Assembly (NCBI GenBank): GCA_963724455.1
Contig: CAVRUV010000006.1
Span: forward strand, 63,158 to 127,157
Source of the DNA: an uncultured Candidatus Woesearchaeota archaeon
GTDB lineage: Archaea > Nanobdellota > Nanobdellia > Woesearchaeales > UBA525
Reading direction: 5' to 3'
DNA length: 64,000 nucleotides
Part shown: one piece after another, positions 48,180 to 58,212 of the stretch
How the letters are laid out: every line of letters starts with the position of its first letter
Position numbering within the stretch: position 1 is the first letter of the stretch
Made by a program: the position numbers and the translations under genes
The notes under the pieces: generated by a model
What the model was told of the DNA's origin: nothing
The model's database searches: none
Seen by the model: the letters and a program-made list of their open reading frames with translations, nothing else

Positions 48180-50465
48180 ATGAACCGTATGTTTGTTGCA
48201 GTTATAGCAGTTTTAACAATACTTATTGCAATTCCCCTCTGTGCTAACTTTGCTAGCGCAGTAGATCCGGTAGGCTGCTGTGTTCCTAAAAACAGTACAG
48301 TATCATGCTTTAGTGCAGCAGGAAATTTCATAACACAACCAGAATTCGATTCAGCGTGTATTGCTTTGCCCGGTCAGAAAAAAAACGTTGCAACCTGTAA
48401 CGGTCTTAGCGAATGTACAACGGGTTGCTGTTGTGCTGATGCCGCAACTGTTCCTAACGCGGCAACTTTTAACAGTCTTGAAACAAATCTTAATATGACA
48501 CAAGGAGCTTGTGCAGCAAAACCCTGGTCGGGAGAACAAGGCACTTATACTTTTACAAAAACTATTCCTACTGACCCAACAAAAGATACTTGCGTTGAAG
48601 TCTGTAAAGGCTCTTCAGGTGGCGGCTCAGCAAAATACAAAGTTTCTGGTGTTGTTCATAATGCAACAAATACCGCTAAACCAGGATTGAAAAATGTCAC
48701 CGTATACATTCCAGTAATCAATGGATTCATCTCTTCAATTAGCGACGGGCAAGGTAAATTCGTGCTCAATGATGTTCCCAGTATGATAAAACCAATTTAT
48801 GCAATACACCCAGCATGCATGCCTTATGTTTCACAACCATACACTGTTGATAAGGACATCACCAATGTTAATATAGATATGAATTGCGATCTTAAAGCGT
48901 GTTCTCGCATAAAACCAACAATAGAAAATCTTGCGCTTATTGCAGGAACCGACAAAGCATCATTTACTGCAAAATACGACGATAAATGCAAGGATTTTGT
49001 ACGATTTATTGTAAAACGCTGTGATAAGGATTTCAAAAACTGCGGTATGCGAGGACAGATGACTGATCCCGATGTTACTGCTGCAAAAAAAGAAGCAACA
49101 TTTACTGATTCTGGACTTACTAACAATACAAAACACTGCTATCTTGTAGATGTAGAAACATTCACAGGATATATAGAAATGAACGGTTCAGCAGATGGTG
49201 GAAAATGCATAGATGAAGGGGATAAAATTTGCATGACCCTACCTGCAGACCATCCAACTTCATGGTGCGGTACTAACGATGCTAGAAAACCTACAATTTT
49301 GAGTTGTGATGATAAGAATAAACTCGATAAAACATCTCACGTCTGTAACGATAAAGAAGTTTGCACAGTTGATACTGACGGACCAGTATGCATTCCAATG
49401 GAAGATTGTAGAAAATGCAATGGTATATTAGGATTCTTTGCAGGATTTGTTCGAGCAATTGGTGTTGGAGATTTTATGAAAACATGCGGGTCACAAACAC
49501 CAACTTGCTATATTGATACTCGTGATGGTGATGCAAGCACAGCTCGAGCAAAAACAATGAATGTATACACATCTTGCGCCAACGTAACAGGATGCACTAC
49601 TTATGGAAGTAAAAATGTGTGCGATAATAATGTCTGTACAACTGGCGCGGGATCATGTCAGTGGAAAGAAATTAGTAAAGAACTTAGTGCCGGCATTTGC
49701 ATTTCAAAAGAAAATCCTGAATGTAGCGCATGCAATACGGTTTTTGGATATTGCAACAAAGCAGCATGCACTGCGATAAGCCCTGATTGCTATTATGATC
49801 AAGACAAAGGAGCATTTGCATACAATCTTGGTTGTGTTAATAAAAATGAGATGGCGTGCGCATTCTATGATACAAAAACTGATTGTGTAGGCAGCGGAGC
49901 TAATGAAAAAAGCGCTATATACAATATTACCTATACTCAAGACAATAGAACCGGCGGAACTAATAGCAGGATACGTCCAAGCAATGATATATTAGGAATT
50001 GGTGCATGTGTCTGGCTTGATGCAGAAGCGATTTGCGTAAAGAATACAGATAATCATTATTTCAAAACTCCAAGAGTTGATGATTGTAGCGATTATCTTG
50101 CAAATCCTCCAATATCTTGCTTTAAGGACAGTACTCCTCCTAATACAAGCATAGAATTACTCAACAAGCCATATTCTAGGGCGCAAATCAGAGGACTTCC
50201 ATTTATCGTAATTGATGAAGGATCAGCACTAGACACCCTCAAGACATTTGCTTGTTTTAATATCACAGATAATAATTGCTATCCGCGCGAGGAGTTGCGC
50301 AAATTATCGATTAATAGCATTCCTCCCGCAGGAACATTCACATTACGTTATTACTCAATGGATAAAGGTGGGAATATCGAGGAGATCAAGAGCACAGTAA
50401 TTACTGTAGTTGATACTGGAGAACCAATATTGGAGCTGCCAATTGATATTCAAGAGAATCCATAA
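48180..50465 (+). CDS. Cys-rich secreted protein (about 761 aa) with a Sec-type signal peptide.
   Basis: The track start at 48174 is GTG; the ATG is at 48180. MNRMFVAVIAVLTILIAIPLCANFASA|VDP. Many Cys, including GCCV and GCCCAD clusters. Confidence 0.7.
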   Translation: MNRMFVAVIAVLTILIAIPLCANFASAVDPVGCCVPKNSTVSCFSAAGNFITQPEFDSACIALPGQKKNVATCNGLSECTTGCCCADAATVPNAATFNSLETNLNMTQGACAAKPWSGEQGTYTFTKTIPTDPTKDTCVEVCKGSSGGGSAKYKVSGVVHNATNTAKPGLKNVTVYIPVINGFISSISDGQGKFVLNDVPSMIKPIYAIHPACMPYVSQPYTVDKDITNVNIDMNCDLKACSRIKPTIENLALIAGTDKASFTAKYDDKCKDFVRFIVKRCDKDFKNCGMRGQMTDPDVTAAKKEATFTDSGLTNNTKHCYLVDVETFTGYIEMNGSADGGKCIDEGDKICMTLPADHPTSWCGTNDARKPTILSCDDKNKLDKTSHVCNDKEVCTVDTDGPVCIPMEDCRKCNGILGFFAGFVRAIGVGDFMKTCGSQTPTCYIDTRDGDASTARAKTMNVYTSCANVTGCTTYGSKNVCDNNVCTTGAGSCQWKEISKELSAGICISKENPECSACNTVFGYCNKAACTAISPDCYYDQDKGAFAYNLGCVNKNEMACAFYDTKTDCVGSGANEKSAIYNITYTQDNRTGGTNSRIRPSNDILGIGACVWLDAEAICVKNTDNHYFKTPRVDDCSDYLANPPISCFKDSTPPNTSIELLNKPYSRAQIRGLPFIVIDEGSALDTLKTFACFNITDNNCYPREELRKLSINSIPPAGTFTLRYYSMDKGGNIEEIKSTVITVVDTGEPILELPIDIQENP

Positions 50466-50528
50466 GTACAAAGTGTACAAGGTATAACAAAAATAGTTAT
50501 TTAGTAAAATAATAAAAATAGGTGAGCA

Positions 50529-53500
50529 ATGAGAAGTAAAATATCATTATCTATTGTGTTGTGTGTGCTTGCAATAGCTCTTCTTGTTCCCTCAATCCAC
50601 GCATCGGTTACAGTAAATGTTGGAAATTATAGCGTATCAAATCCAAAAATATTATTGAATTATTCTGAATTAGTTACATTGCAATCAGCAATATTAGTTG
50701 ATGCAACACATCCTGATCCATACACTCTTTGTCAAGTACCAAAACAGGCAGAATATGCAAAAAACTTTGAGTTATACACAAGAACAGGAGCTAATATAGA
50801 TACTTGTGAAGGCGGGGAGACTAAATTGTTAGAACCTGGCAAGTACTCTCTTACTCTACAGGCAATAAATAGGGATGGAAATTCAACCATTGATACTGTT
50901 GAGTTTAACGTTGTCGGATTGGATATACAATTCATTTCTCCAGCACAAGGTATTGCAAACAAAACTCCATATGATGTAAAATTCTGGACAAGTGAAGATG
51001 CTATTTGCAAATACTCATTTACATCAAATGATAATTTTGCATCAATGAGTCTGACATTAGAAGCAGATATGTATGTCAAAAATCATAACGTGCACGGCAT
51101 TACTTATGTCGATAGCGATTTTTTTGTTATCTGCAAAGAGCATAACGGAAGAATGACTGCAAAAACAATGCGAATAGGATTTGATAATTCTCCTCCAGTA
51201 TTTCAAGAACTTGCAGCAATACCGCAAAAAGTTATTGATCCTAACAACCCATATTCTAGCATTATAGCAAAAACAGACGATAAAACTGTTTGCAGTGTTA
51301 AGATGTGTGATGGCGTAGTTTTATTCATAAGCCAAAATGGAAAGCGAGAATCTCCAGAGATTGTAGAATTATACAATACAACACATGCCACAACATTCTA
51401 TTATAACGAATCTCCTTGCAGCAAATCAACAAGCGATATGCGTCCATATCCTATCTATAATAATATTACTTGCAAGAATCTTGCGGGCTATAGTGCTTCA
51501 AAAGGCATAACAGTACTTTTGAATTTTAGCGAGTTCTCATACATCAATGTATTAGAACCATCCGCGCTCATTAGTAAAACAGTCTTTGATGTTGTTGTTC
51601 AACCAGAGACATTCACAGCAGACTCTTGTTTACTTGATGGCAGAGAAATGAGCCCCGGAGTAGATCCTAGCACTTTTACGCTTGAAAAAACATTACCAGT
51701 TAATCCTAAGAAATTATACAATGTGACTTTAAACATCACTTGCAGTAACAGCGTAAAGACTACAGAACGTTTATACAACATAACTATAGATTTGAATACA
51801 CCTCCTGCGCCAGGTATTGACGGAGGAAATGCTATATGTTCTGGTTATATACCTGTAAAATTCTTCATGCCAGATGGTACATCTGTAGAAAATTATACTT
51901 ATACATTGACTGATGGCGCAGGCCTCAATATACAAAATACAACAAGACAAAATACAATCGAAATAAAAATACCGGGCACAGCACCAACTCACGTAAAGTG
52001 GAGTGTTTATGCAATAACTTCAGCAGGTAAGCAATCACCTACAAATGAAACAGAAAGAGATGTTGAAGAGGGTGAAGACGAAGTATGTGGATTGCCCCCC
52101 TTTATTACAATAAAATCACCACCATTAGGATTTGGTAAAGTATCCCCTTACACATTAGTGTTAGGCACAGTTACGTCAAGCGAATGCAGATTCTCAATTG
52201 ATAAGCAGGAAGCTTGGGAGAATATGTCTAAATTCATAGTAAGTGATGCTGGAAAAACTCATACAAAGCAGAAAATAGAGAATAAATCTACTATGTATGT
52301 GACGTGCATCGAAACTGCAAATAGTAAAGTTCATCATAAAAAAATTGATATTGGCATAGATGATACTGCACCCAGAGTTTCAATAAAAATATCTCCAAGC
52401 ACAATACAACAAGATCCAAAGGTTGCAAGTATAGAAGTTATAACGGACGACAGAACATATTGTACACACACAAGTACTGCAGGGCCACAATTTACTACAA
52501 TGCTCCCAACATCACAAAGCGCATATACATTAGAACATTATTCATCTTTCGATTATCGAGCAACATCAGACGATCCAACCGATTATGAGTTTGATGTTAC
52601 ATGCAAAAATCTCGTAGGAAAAGAAACAACGGTAAAAGCATTGCTTGCAGTAGATATAGCACCAGCAATAAAAATAACAGTACTTGCTCCTCCAGAGTTT
52701 GTTGCTAGATCAAATGGACAAAACTTAACCATACAAACAGACAAACTAACCGCAAATTGCTACTGGAGAAAAGCAGGCAATCCATCATCAACAGATTTTG
52801 AAGGAGCAAATGGAAAATATACCTCTTCAATTGGACCTTTGCTAAACGGCAGTAATTTCTTCTCTATTTGGTGTTCAGCAGATGATCAAACGTCAGTTCT
52901 TGCATACCAAGTAACTGTGGATGGCGAGTTGCCGGTAATCACTACATTTTCAGGACCGGCATCAGCTTGTCCAGAATCTACTATAAAATATCAATACACA
53001 GTTTCCGGACTTGACCAATCACCGACAATTTCTTACAGTCTTGAAAATGATAATGGCTTCGGAGTTAGTTTCCAACAAAATACTACAGATGCGATATTAT
53101 CATTGCCACTCGTAGGTATTACAGCAGGCAATTATACATTAACAGCATTCCCTATTAATCATGCAAATGCAGAGGGCCCCAAAATACGAATTAAATTAAA
53201 AGTATTATCTGCAGATGACGCATCTTGTACTACTAATCATTGTTCTGATAATCAGAAAAATTATGATGAAATAGGTATTGATTGCGGAGGCATTTGCCCA
53301 GTGTGCATTTCTTGTCAAGATGATTTTGTTTGTCCTCTCGGAGAAGTTTGTACAGCACATGTATGTGTAAAACCAAATGCTTGCTCAACACAAACCGATT
53401 GTAAGTTAACTGAACGTTGCGAGAATGGAAATTGCGTAGATGCATCATGTACAAGAGATTCTGATTGTACCGCACCCACAATTTGTATTAAGAGCGTCGG

Positions 53501-55148
53501 TATGGAGCACGGAGTATGTAATAAACCTCCAACGTGTTCATCGACTGACGGCATTTGTGTCTCACCATATGTCTGCGATGCGTCAGGAACTTGCACAGTA
53601 CCACATTGCGGTAATTTGAAAAAAGATTCTGATGAAACAGGAATTGATTGCGGTGGATCATGCAATGCGTGCGTTTCTTGTTCAGGCAATGATAGTTGTG
53701 TAGCACCACAGACTTGCTCGAGCGGAGTTTGCGTAAGTCCGCGTTGTCAAAGCACCGCCGATTGCGATATGAACCACGTTTGTAGCACAGAGGGTAATTG
53801 TGTTCCGGTTTTTGTATGCGGCAGCGATACACAATGTAATGGTAAGACTTGCTTTGAAGGCATTTGTAAAGAAAAGACGTGTTTAGCAGATACTGATTGT
53901 TTATCAACAGAATATTGCGATAAAACAAATAATGTGTGCGTTGATGCAACATGTGAATCCAATACAGAGTGTGTATCGCCAAAAATTTGCATTAAACAAG
54001 AAGGGTCAAAAGGAATGTGTAATAATCCTCCTCCATGTACGAAACCAGAAGATTGCGCTGAACCATATACTTGTAACAATGAAGTATGTTCTTTACCAAT
54101 GTGCGGAGATGGTAGCAAGGACGGTACTGAAACAAATCTTGATTGTGGCGGATCTTGTCCTGTTTGTATAACTTGTAAGGATAAAACAGAGTGTCCCGTA
54201 TTACAAACTTGTTCATCAGAAGGAGTTTGTATAAGTCCTGTTTGTACAACGGATATCGAATGCGATGCAAATCACGTTTGTAGTGCAGAAGGAAAATGCA
54301 TTCCAGTTTTTGTATGCACGACAAAAGAAGATTGTCCTTCAGGAATATGTACAGAAGGCACGTGTGTTCCAGAAGAGGGTGGATGTACAAGAGATACGGA
54401 TTGTACTGGTGAACAAATATGTAAAAATAAAATTTGCATAAATCCAACGCCTAAACCAGAATGTACTAAAGATGAAGATTGCACCACTGAAGGAGAAATT
54501 TGCAGTCCACAAAAAACTTGCATTGCTGCACCAACTGCGCCAAAAAGAAATCTTGTATCATATATACTTCTTATAGTTGGATTACTTATTATGGGTGGCG
54601 CTGGTTACTTCTTGTATCAGCAGGATGTTGAGAAGAAAAGGATTGCTGCAGAATATGCACGCATGCAAGCAACAAGAGCACCACCTAGAAAAGTAGTTAT
54701 TGCGCCACAATTAGGCAGACCGCAAGCAGGATTACAGCAACCAACATCACAGCAATCAAGATTACAATCAAATACAATGCAAGGTTCAAGTACTGATGCA
54801 TCACAAAAACCATCTGCAGATAAGTCGATAAAAGATAATAAACGTAACACTTTCTTTAATGCATTTGATAATGGTGTTGAGGGAAGTGTTGCTACAATTA
54901 AGGATAAAAAAATAATTGGTGCAAGTGCAAATGCAGGTTCTTCAGGAGATGTAGCAATAACAGGCACTAATGAAGAAGATGGATTTATTGATATCTCTGA
55001 TATGAAGAGCCCGAAAACATCTAAGAAAAAAGATGATAAGACTGTCGCAGTTACAAAATCCTCTCAAGATTCAAAGGAATCTGGAAAAACAAAAGAAGAT
55101 TCTAAAAAAGATGATCCTTTTAGCGATCTAGATAAAATTGGAAAGTAG
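50529..55148 (+). CDS. Giant (1539 aa) Cys-rich type I membrane protein: signal peptide, long ectodomain, three Cys-rich super-repeats, one C-terminal TM helix and a ~190-aa low-complexity cytoplasmic tail.
   Basis: MRSKISLSIVLCVLAIALLVPSIHA|SV with AGGTGA upstream. TM helix LVSYILLIVGLLIMGGAGYFLY. The tail is K/S/D/Q-rich. The antisense ORFs listed in the track across 53.2-55.0 kb are shadow ORFs of this gene. Confidence 0.8.
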   Translation: MRSKISLSIVLCVLAIALLVPSIHASVTVNVGNYSVSNPKILLNYSELVTLQSAILVDATHPDPYTLCQVPKQAEYAKNFELYTRTGANIDTCEGGETKLLEPGKYSLTLQAINRDGNSTIDTVEFNVVGLDIQFISPAQGIANKTPYDVKFWTSEDAICKYSFTSNDNFASMSLTLEADMYVKNHNVHGITYVDSDFFVICKEHNGRMTAKTMRIGFDNSPPVFQELAAIPQKVIDPNNPYSSIIAKTDDKTVCSVKMCDGVVLFISQNGKRESPEIVELYNTTHATTFYYNESPCSKSTSDMRPYPIYNNITCKNLAGYSASKGITVLLNFSEFSYINVLEPSALISKTVFDVVVQPETFTADSCLLDGREMSPGVDPSTFTLEKTLPVNPKKLYNVTLNITCSNSVKTTERLYNITIDLNTPPAPGIDGGNAICSGYIPVKFFMPDGTSVENYTYTLTDGAGLNIQNTTRQNTIEIKIPGTAPTHVKWSVYAITSAGKQSPTNETERDVEEGEDEVCGLPPFITIKSPPLGFGKVSPYTLVLGTVTSSECRFSIDKQEAWENMSKFIVSDAGKTHTKQKIENKSTMYVTCIETANSKVHHKKIDIGIDDTAPRVSIKISPSTIQQDPKVASIEVITDDRTYCTHTSTAGPQFTTMLPTSQSAYTLEHYSSFDYRATSDDPTDYEFDVTCKNLVGKETTVKALLAVDIAPAIKITVLAPPEFVARSNGQNLTIQTDKLTANCYWRKAGNPSSTDFEGANGKYTSSIGPLLNGSNFFSIWCSADDQTSVLAYQVTVDGELPVITTFSGPASACPESTIKYQYTVSGLDQSPTISYSLENDNGFGVSFQQNTTDAILSLPLVGITAGNYTLTAFPINHANAEGPKIRIKLKVLSADDASCTTNHCSDNQKNYDEIGIDCGGICPVCISCQDDFVCPLGEVCTAHVCVKPNACSTQTDCKLTERCENGNCVDASCTRDSDCTAPTICIKSVGMEHGVCNKPPTCSSTDGICVSPYVCDASGTCTVPHCGNLKKDSDETGIDCGGSCNACVSCSGNDSCVAPQTCSSGVCVSPRCQSTADCDMNHVCSTEGNCVPVFVCGSDTQCNGKTCFEGICKEKTCLADTDCLSTEYCDKTNNVCVDATCESNTECVSPKICIKQEGSKGMCNNPPPCTKPEDCAEPYTCNNEVCSLPMCGDGSKDGTETNLDCGGSCPVCITCKDKTECPVLQTCSSEGVCISPVCTTDIECDANHVCSAEGKCIPVFVCTTKEDCPSGICTEGTCVPEEGGCTRDTDCTGEQICKNKICINPTPKPECTKDEDCTTEGEICSPQKTCIAAPTAPKRNLVSYILLIVGLLIMGGAGYFLYQQDVEKKRIAAEYARMQATRAPPRKVVIAPQLGRPQAGLQQPTSQQSRLQSNTMQGSSTDASQKPSADKSIKDNKRNTFFNAFDNGVEGSVATIKDKKIIGASANAGSSGDVAITGTNEEDGFIDISDMKSPKTSKKKDDKTVAVTKSSQDSKESGKTKEDSKKDDPFSDLDKIGK
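53240..54540 (+). repeat. Three Cys-rich super-repeats of about 120-165 aa, each opening with a ...D-E-[TI]-G-I-D-C-G-G-x-C-x-x-C... unit.
   Basis: HCSDNQKNYDEIGIDCGGICPVC / HCGNLKKDSDETGIDCGGSCNAC / MCGDGSKDGTETNLDCGGSCPVC. Downstream CSSGVCVSPRCQSTADCDMNHVCSTEGNCVPVFVC aligns with CSSEGVCISPVCTTDIECDANHVCSAEGKCIPVFVC. Confidence 0.75.
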
Positions 55149-55183
55149 GAAAATATGAATATAATAAAAATTCACGGCGCATT

Positions 55184-55678
55184 ATGAAAAACGCACAGAT
55201 TTCACAAATATTCTTGATGATAACTGCGCTAATAGTTATAGGTGCAACGATTTTTCTTGGCGGAAAATTAATTGGCGGACTTACTGGGACCGTATGTTCT
55301 GCAAATGATGCCGTTTTCTTAAAAGAGATAGTTCAAGTAATAGATGACAAAGCATCGTATGGCAGCAGGGACATTGTACAAATAAAAACACCCTGCGATG
55401 CAATAACTCTTTGTTTTGTTAATGATAGCAATATTGGTGATCCAGGATTTATTTCAGATAATTCAGTTATACAAAATGTTGTTCGTGTTGGAACACCAAC
55501 CACTATTTTTTTAGAAGGGCATGATGGTGCTACAGTTCCAGTGGGGGATGAAGAACGAATAGAAGTAAATACTAATTATGCAGGAGATACTAATCCTGTT
55601 ATTTGTATTCCCGCAGTGAGCGGAGAGTTTACTTTTAGAACGGAGGGGTATGGCCGCAAGATTAGAATCAGCAAGTGA
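55184..55678 (+). CDS. Pilin-like protein (164 aa) with a class III signal-like N-terminus.
   Basis: MKNA|QISQIFLMITALIVIGATIFLGG. Confidence 0.55.
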   Translation: MKNAQISQIFLMITALIVIGATIFLGGKLIGGLTGTVCSANDAVFLKEIVQVIDDKASYGSRDIVQIKTPCDAITLCFVNDSNIGDPGFISDNSVIQNVVRVGTPTTIFLEGHDGATVPVGDEERIEVNTNYAGDTNPVICIPAVSGEFTFRTEGYGRKIRISK

Positions 55679-56885
55679 ATACAAATCGTGTTCAAATAAA
55701 CAAATTCGTTCACATGAACAAATGTGTTCACGACCACACTTATCAAGATTAGTTAAGCGAAATAATAAATTCTCTCAGCCTAAAATTTCAAAACCAGTAC
55801 TCTTCAAACCAGTGCATCCTAAATCAAATAAGGGACAAATGGAATCATCTTTTCAATGGGTGTATGTGATAATTGCTGGCGGTTCATTTCTATTAATATT
55901 TTTTATGCTTTTTAGAAGCTGTTCGTCTGCAGGAGAAATAAAACAAGACGCTCAAGCAATTACTGCTACAGCAACAGCATTATCGAGTGTTGGTTGGCAA
56001 AGTAATTTACAGAAAAACTTTTCTGTACCAGAAGTGAGCGTATTGTGTCCTGTGGGAAGTTTAACGCTCCATAGCACCGGTGCTAAGAGCATCGATAAAC
56101 CAATTGATCGCGTTCCTATTTTCTTCTCCTCAAATATGGGGGGATTATTGCGCGTAATCATGCGAAATATTTCTATAGATATGGGTTCATCGGGGAGTAT
56201 TAGTTATGGAACTGTTGGGTATGCAATAGATGCCAATACATATTATTTCTTGATAAAAGATGATGATGATCATTCTTCAGCATTTTCTCAAGGTAAAAAG
56301 TTTTATGAAAGTATAAATGGAACAAATATTAAATTTGTAAAATATGATTCTCTTGAAGTAGAATTAAATAAAATTCCCTCGAGTGCGCACGGAGTAGTTA
56401 TTGTAGCATTCGATGCAAGAAATACTGACACAATAGATTCTCTTATTGCTAATATCGATCCAAAAATAACTTTTGTAAGGTTGCAAGGCAATTCGATAGA
56501 GTTTTTTAAGAAAAGTGGGACAAGGCTTGTTTCTGAGGGATCAACAACCAATATCGACAGCAGGTTTGCGTTAGGCGCAATAGTGAGTGGTGATAAAGTT
56601 TTATATCTGTGTACGAAAAATGTTATTCTTGAACGTGCAAGAAAAATTACAATAATTTATGGATTAAGAGCAGAACAAATAGCTCGGTCAGAATCGCCAG
56701 CTCTTAGCGACAATTGTAAAGAGCTTTATGGAAAATATCCTGGCGGCATTAATACTACACTCTTCAATCTTAATAAGCAATCTCAAACAAATCCCGATGC
56801 ATATTTAGCAGAATTACTCCATCCAACAACAACGCGTTATTTGCAAGATGATGCATACTCAAGCAGCTGTCCGGTGATAGCATGA
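55650..56885 (+). CDS. Pilin-like protein (411 aa; start uncertain) with the class III motif ...KSNKG|QMESSFQWVYVIIAGGSFLLIFFMLF after a long basic N-region.
   Basis: GGAGGGG lies immediately before the ATG at 55650, overlapping the previous gene by 29 nt. The hydrophobic segment is preceded by K/R/P-rich sequence. Confidence 0.5.
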   Translation: MAARLESASEYKSCSNKQIRSHEQMCSRPHLSRLVKRNNKFSQPKISKPVLFKPVHPKSNKGQMESSFQWVYVIIAGGSFLLIFFMLFRSCSSAGEIKQDAQAITATATALSSVGWQSNLQKNFSVPEVSVLCPVGSLTLHSTGAKSIDKPIDRVPIFFSSNMGGLLRVIMRNISIDMGSSGSISYGTVGYAIDANTYYFLIKDDDDHSSAFSQGKKFYESINGTNIKFVKYDSLEVELNKIPSSAHGVVIVAFDARNTDTIDSLIANIDPKITFVRLQGNSIEFFKKSGTRLVSEGSTTNIDSRFALGAIVSGDKVLYLCTKNVILERARKITIIYGLRAEQIARSESPALSDNCKELYGKYPGGINTTLFNLNKQSQTNPDAYLAELLHPTTTRYLQDDAYSSSCPVIA

Positions 56886-57424
56886 TGTTTTTGCAACTTT
56901 GTAGAAAAGTATTTGAAAAAAAAGTAGTTCGTCGTGCACAGCTTCAAGCAATGGAACCCATCATGATAGTCATTGTTCTAGCGATTATTGCAGGCATTTC
57001 ATTGCTTTTCTATGTTAGATTATCTTCGGGAGAAACACGAGCACAGATTAGAACAACAGAGTCTATCGAAGACGTACAAATATTGGGAGCGGTTGCTAGG
57101 ATGCCGGAATTATTATGTCCCGATACAGAATCGGTGCAAGTAAATTGTATAGATTATGAAAAAGCAAAAATATTTTCTCAAAGCTCTAAACTGCCGGAGA
57201 ATAAAATATATTACAATCCATTTTTTGGAAATGCAAACATAACATTGTATTGGATAGAGTCTATAAGCGGGTCTAATGATGTTACAATACAATCACAGCA
57301 ACTTTTTGATACGATGGTAAATAGAAATAAAACCAAGACTTCGATAACGTATTTTACGTTGTATAAACCAATAGAAGACCGCAGATACATGGCGTGGATG
57401 CAAATAGAGCGTGAAGTGCAATGA
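56882..57424 (+). CDS. Pilin-like protein (180 aa), coupled to the upstream gene by an ATGA overlap.
   Basis: ...VRRAQ|LQAMEPIMIVIVLAIIAGISLLFYV. Confidence 0.6.
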   Translation: MMFLQLCRKVFEKKVVRRAQLQAMEPIMIVIVLAIIAGISLLFYVRLSSGETRAQIRTTESIEDVQILGAVARMPELLCPDTESVQVNCIDYEKAKIFSQSSKLPENKIYYNPFFGNANITLYWIESISGSNDVTIQSQQLFDTMVNRNKTKTSITYFTLYKPIEDRRYMAWMQIEREVQ

Positions 57425-57927
57425 GCCAAAATAAATTTAATCAAACGAGACGCGCACAAATGGAAATGGTTGGTCTTGTATTTATTGTGGTTATTATTGT
57501 CATAGGATTCATACTATACGCTCTGTCAATAGATAAAAAAGATACTTCACAAACATACAAGGATGCTATAGAAAAACAAAAAAGCCCGACATTCTTGACT
57601 GCGCTTGCAACAGCAGATGTTATAGATTGCAACAATATACCTCTTCAAGAAGTAATTGGTAAATGCATTCGTAACGAAAGATACTGCACAAGTGGAGATG
57701 CTTGTGAAGCGGCGGGAGCATTTATGACAACTATTGCAATTAGCACTCTACATACACAAGGCGAAAAGTACGACCTTTATGTTAAAGATCACACCGATAA
57801 GTTACGAGTGTATGATCGTTGTGATAGTATTGGTAATAGAAGCGCTTTAACATATGTGGGTAAAACATATCCTATGAACTTAGGCACTGGCGACACTGCA
57901 ACTTTAGTGCTAGTTATTTGTAAGTAA
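57421..57927 (+). CDS. Pilin-like protein (168 aa), coupled to the upstream gene by an ATGA overlap.
   Basis: MSQNKFNQTRRAQ|MEMVGLVFIVVIIVIGFILYAL. Confidence 0.6.
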   Translation: MSQNKFNQTRRAQMEMVGLVFIVVIIVIGFILYALSIDKKDTSQTYKDAIEKQKSPTFLTALATADVIDCNNIPLQEVIGKCIRNERYCTSGDACEAAGAFMTTIAISTLHTQGEKYDLYVKDHTDKLRVYDRCDSIGNRSALTYVGKTYPMNLGTGDTATLVLVICK

Positions 57928-57993
57928 TAAATTGGTAATAGAAATCAAAAAAAATATAGAAATCATAATAAGCTACATGATGAGGAGAATATT

Positions 57994-58122
57994 ATGCGCA
58001 AATCACGTAAGGGCGAAGAAGATCAGATGAATAAGACAACAATATATATTATTCTCGCCATTATTGGAATAATCATTCTCATCATTGCAGCAACAAAAAG
58101 CATGAAGTTCCTCAAGACATAA
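57994..58122 (+). CDS. Small single-TM protein (42 aa, MRKSRKGEEDQMNKTTIYIILAIIGIIILIIAATKSMKFLKT), not in the track.
   Basis: ATG to TAA. GAGGAG lies 8 nt upstream. Charged N-region followed by a 20-residue hydrophobic helix. Confidence 0.4.
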   Translation: MRKSRKGEEDQMNKTTIYIILAIIGIIILIIAATKSMKFLKT

Positions 58123-58212
58123 ATATATTGAGAGAACGTTAAAAGTGTTATAAAATGCTAAAAAATGCTATATTGTAGTAATTTGTAGTAATTGATAATA
58201 ATTCGGTAAAGC

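Noticed and set aside
48080-48331. 83-aa minus-strand ORF overlapping the start of the 763-aa secreted protein gene.
   Set aside because: It overlaps the promoter and signal-peptide region of a well-supported plus-strand gene and has no motif or start context.
53233-54967. Six overlapping minus-strand ORFs of 82-164 aa inside the 1539-aa gene.
   Set aside because: These are antisense shadow ORFs created by the Cys-codon-rich (TGT/TGC, read as ACA/GCA on the other strand), repeat-rich coding sequence. The plus-strand gene is continuous and has a signal peptide and TM helix.
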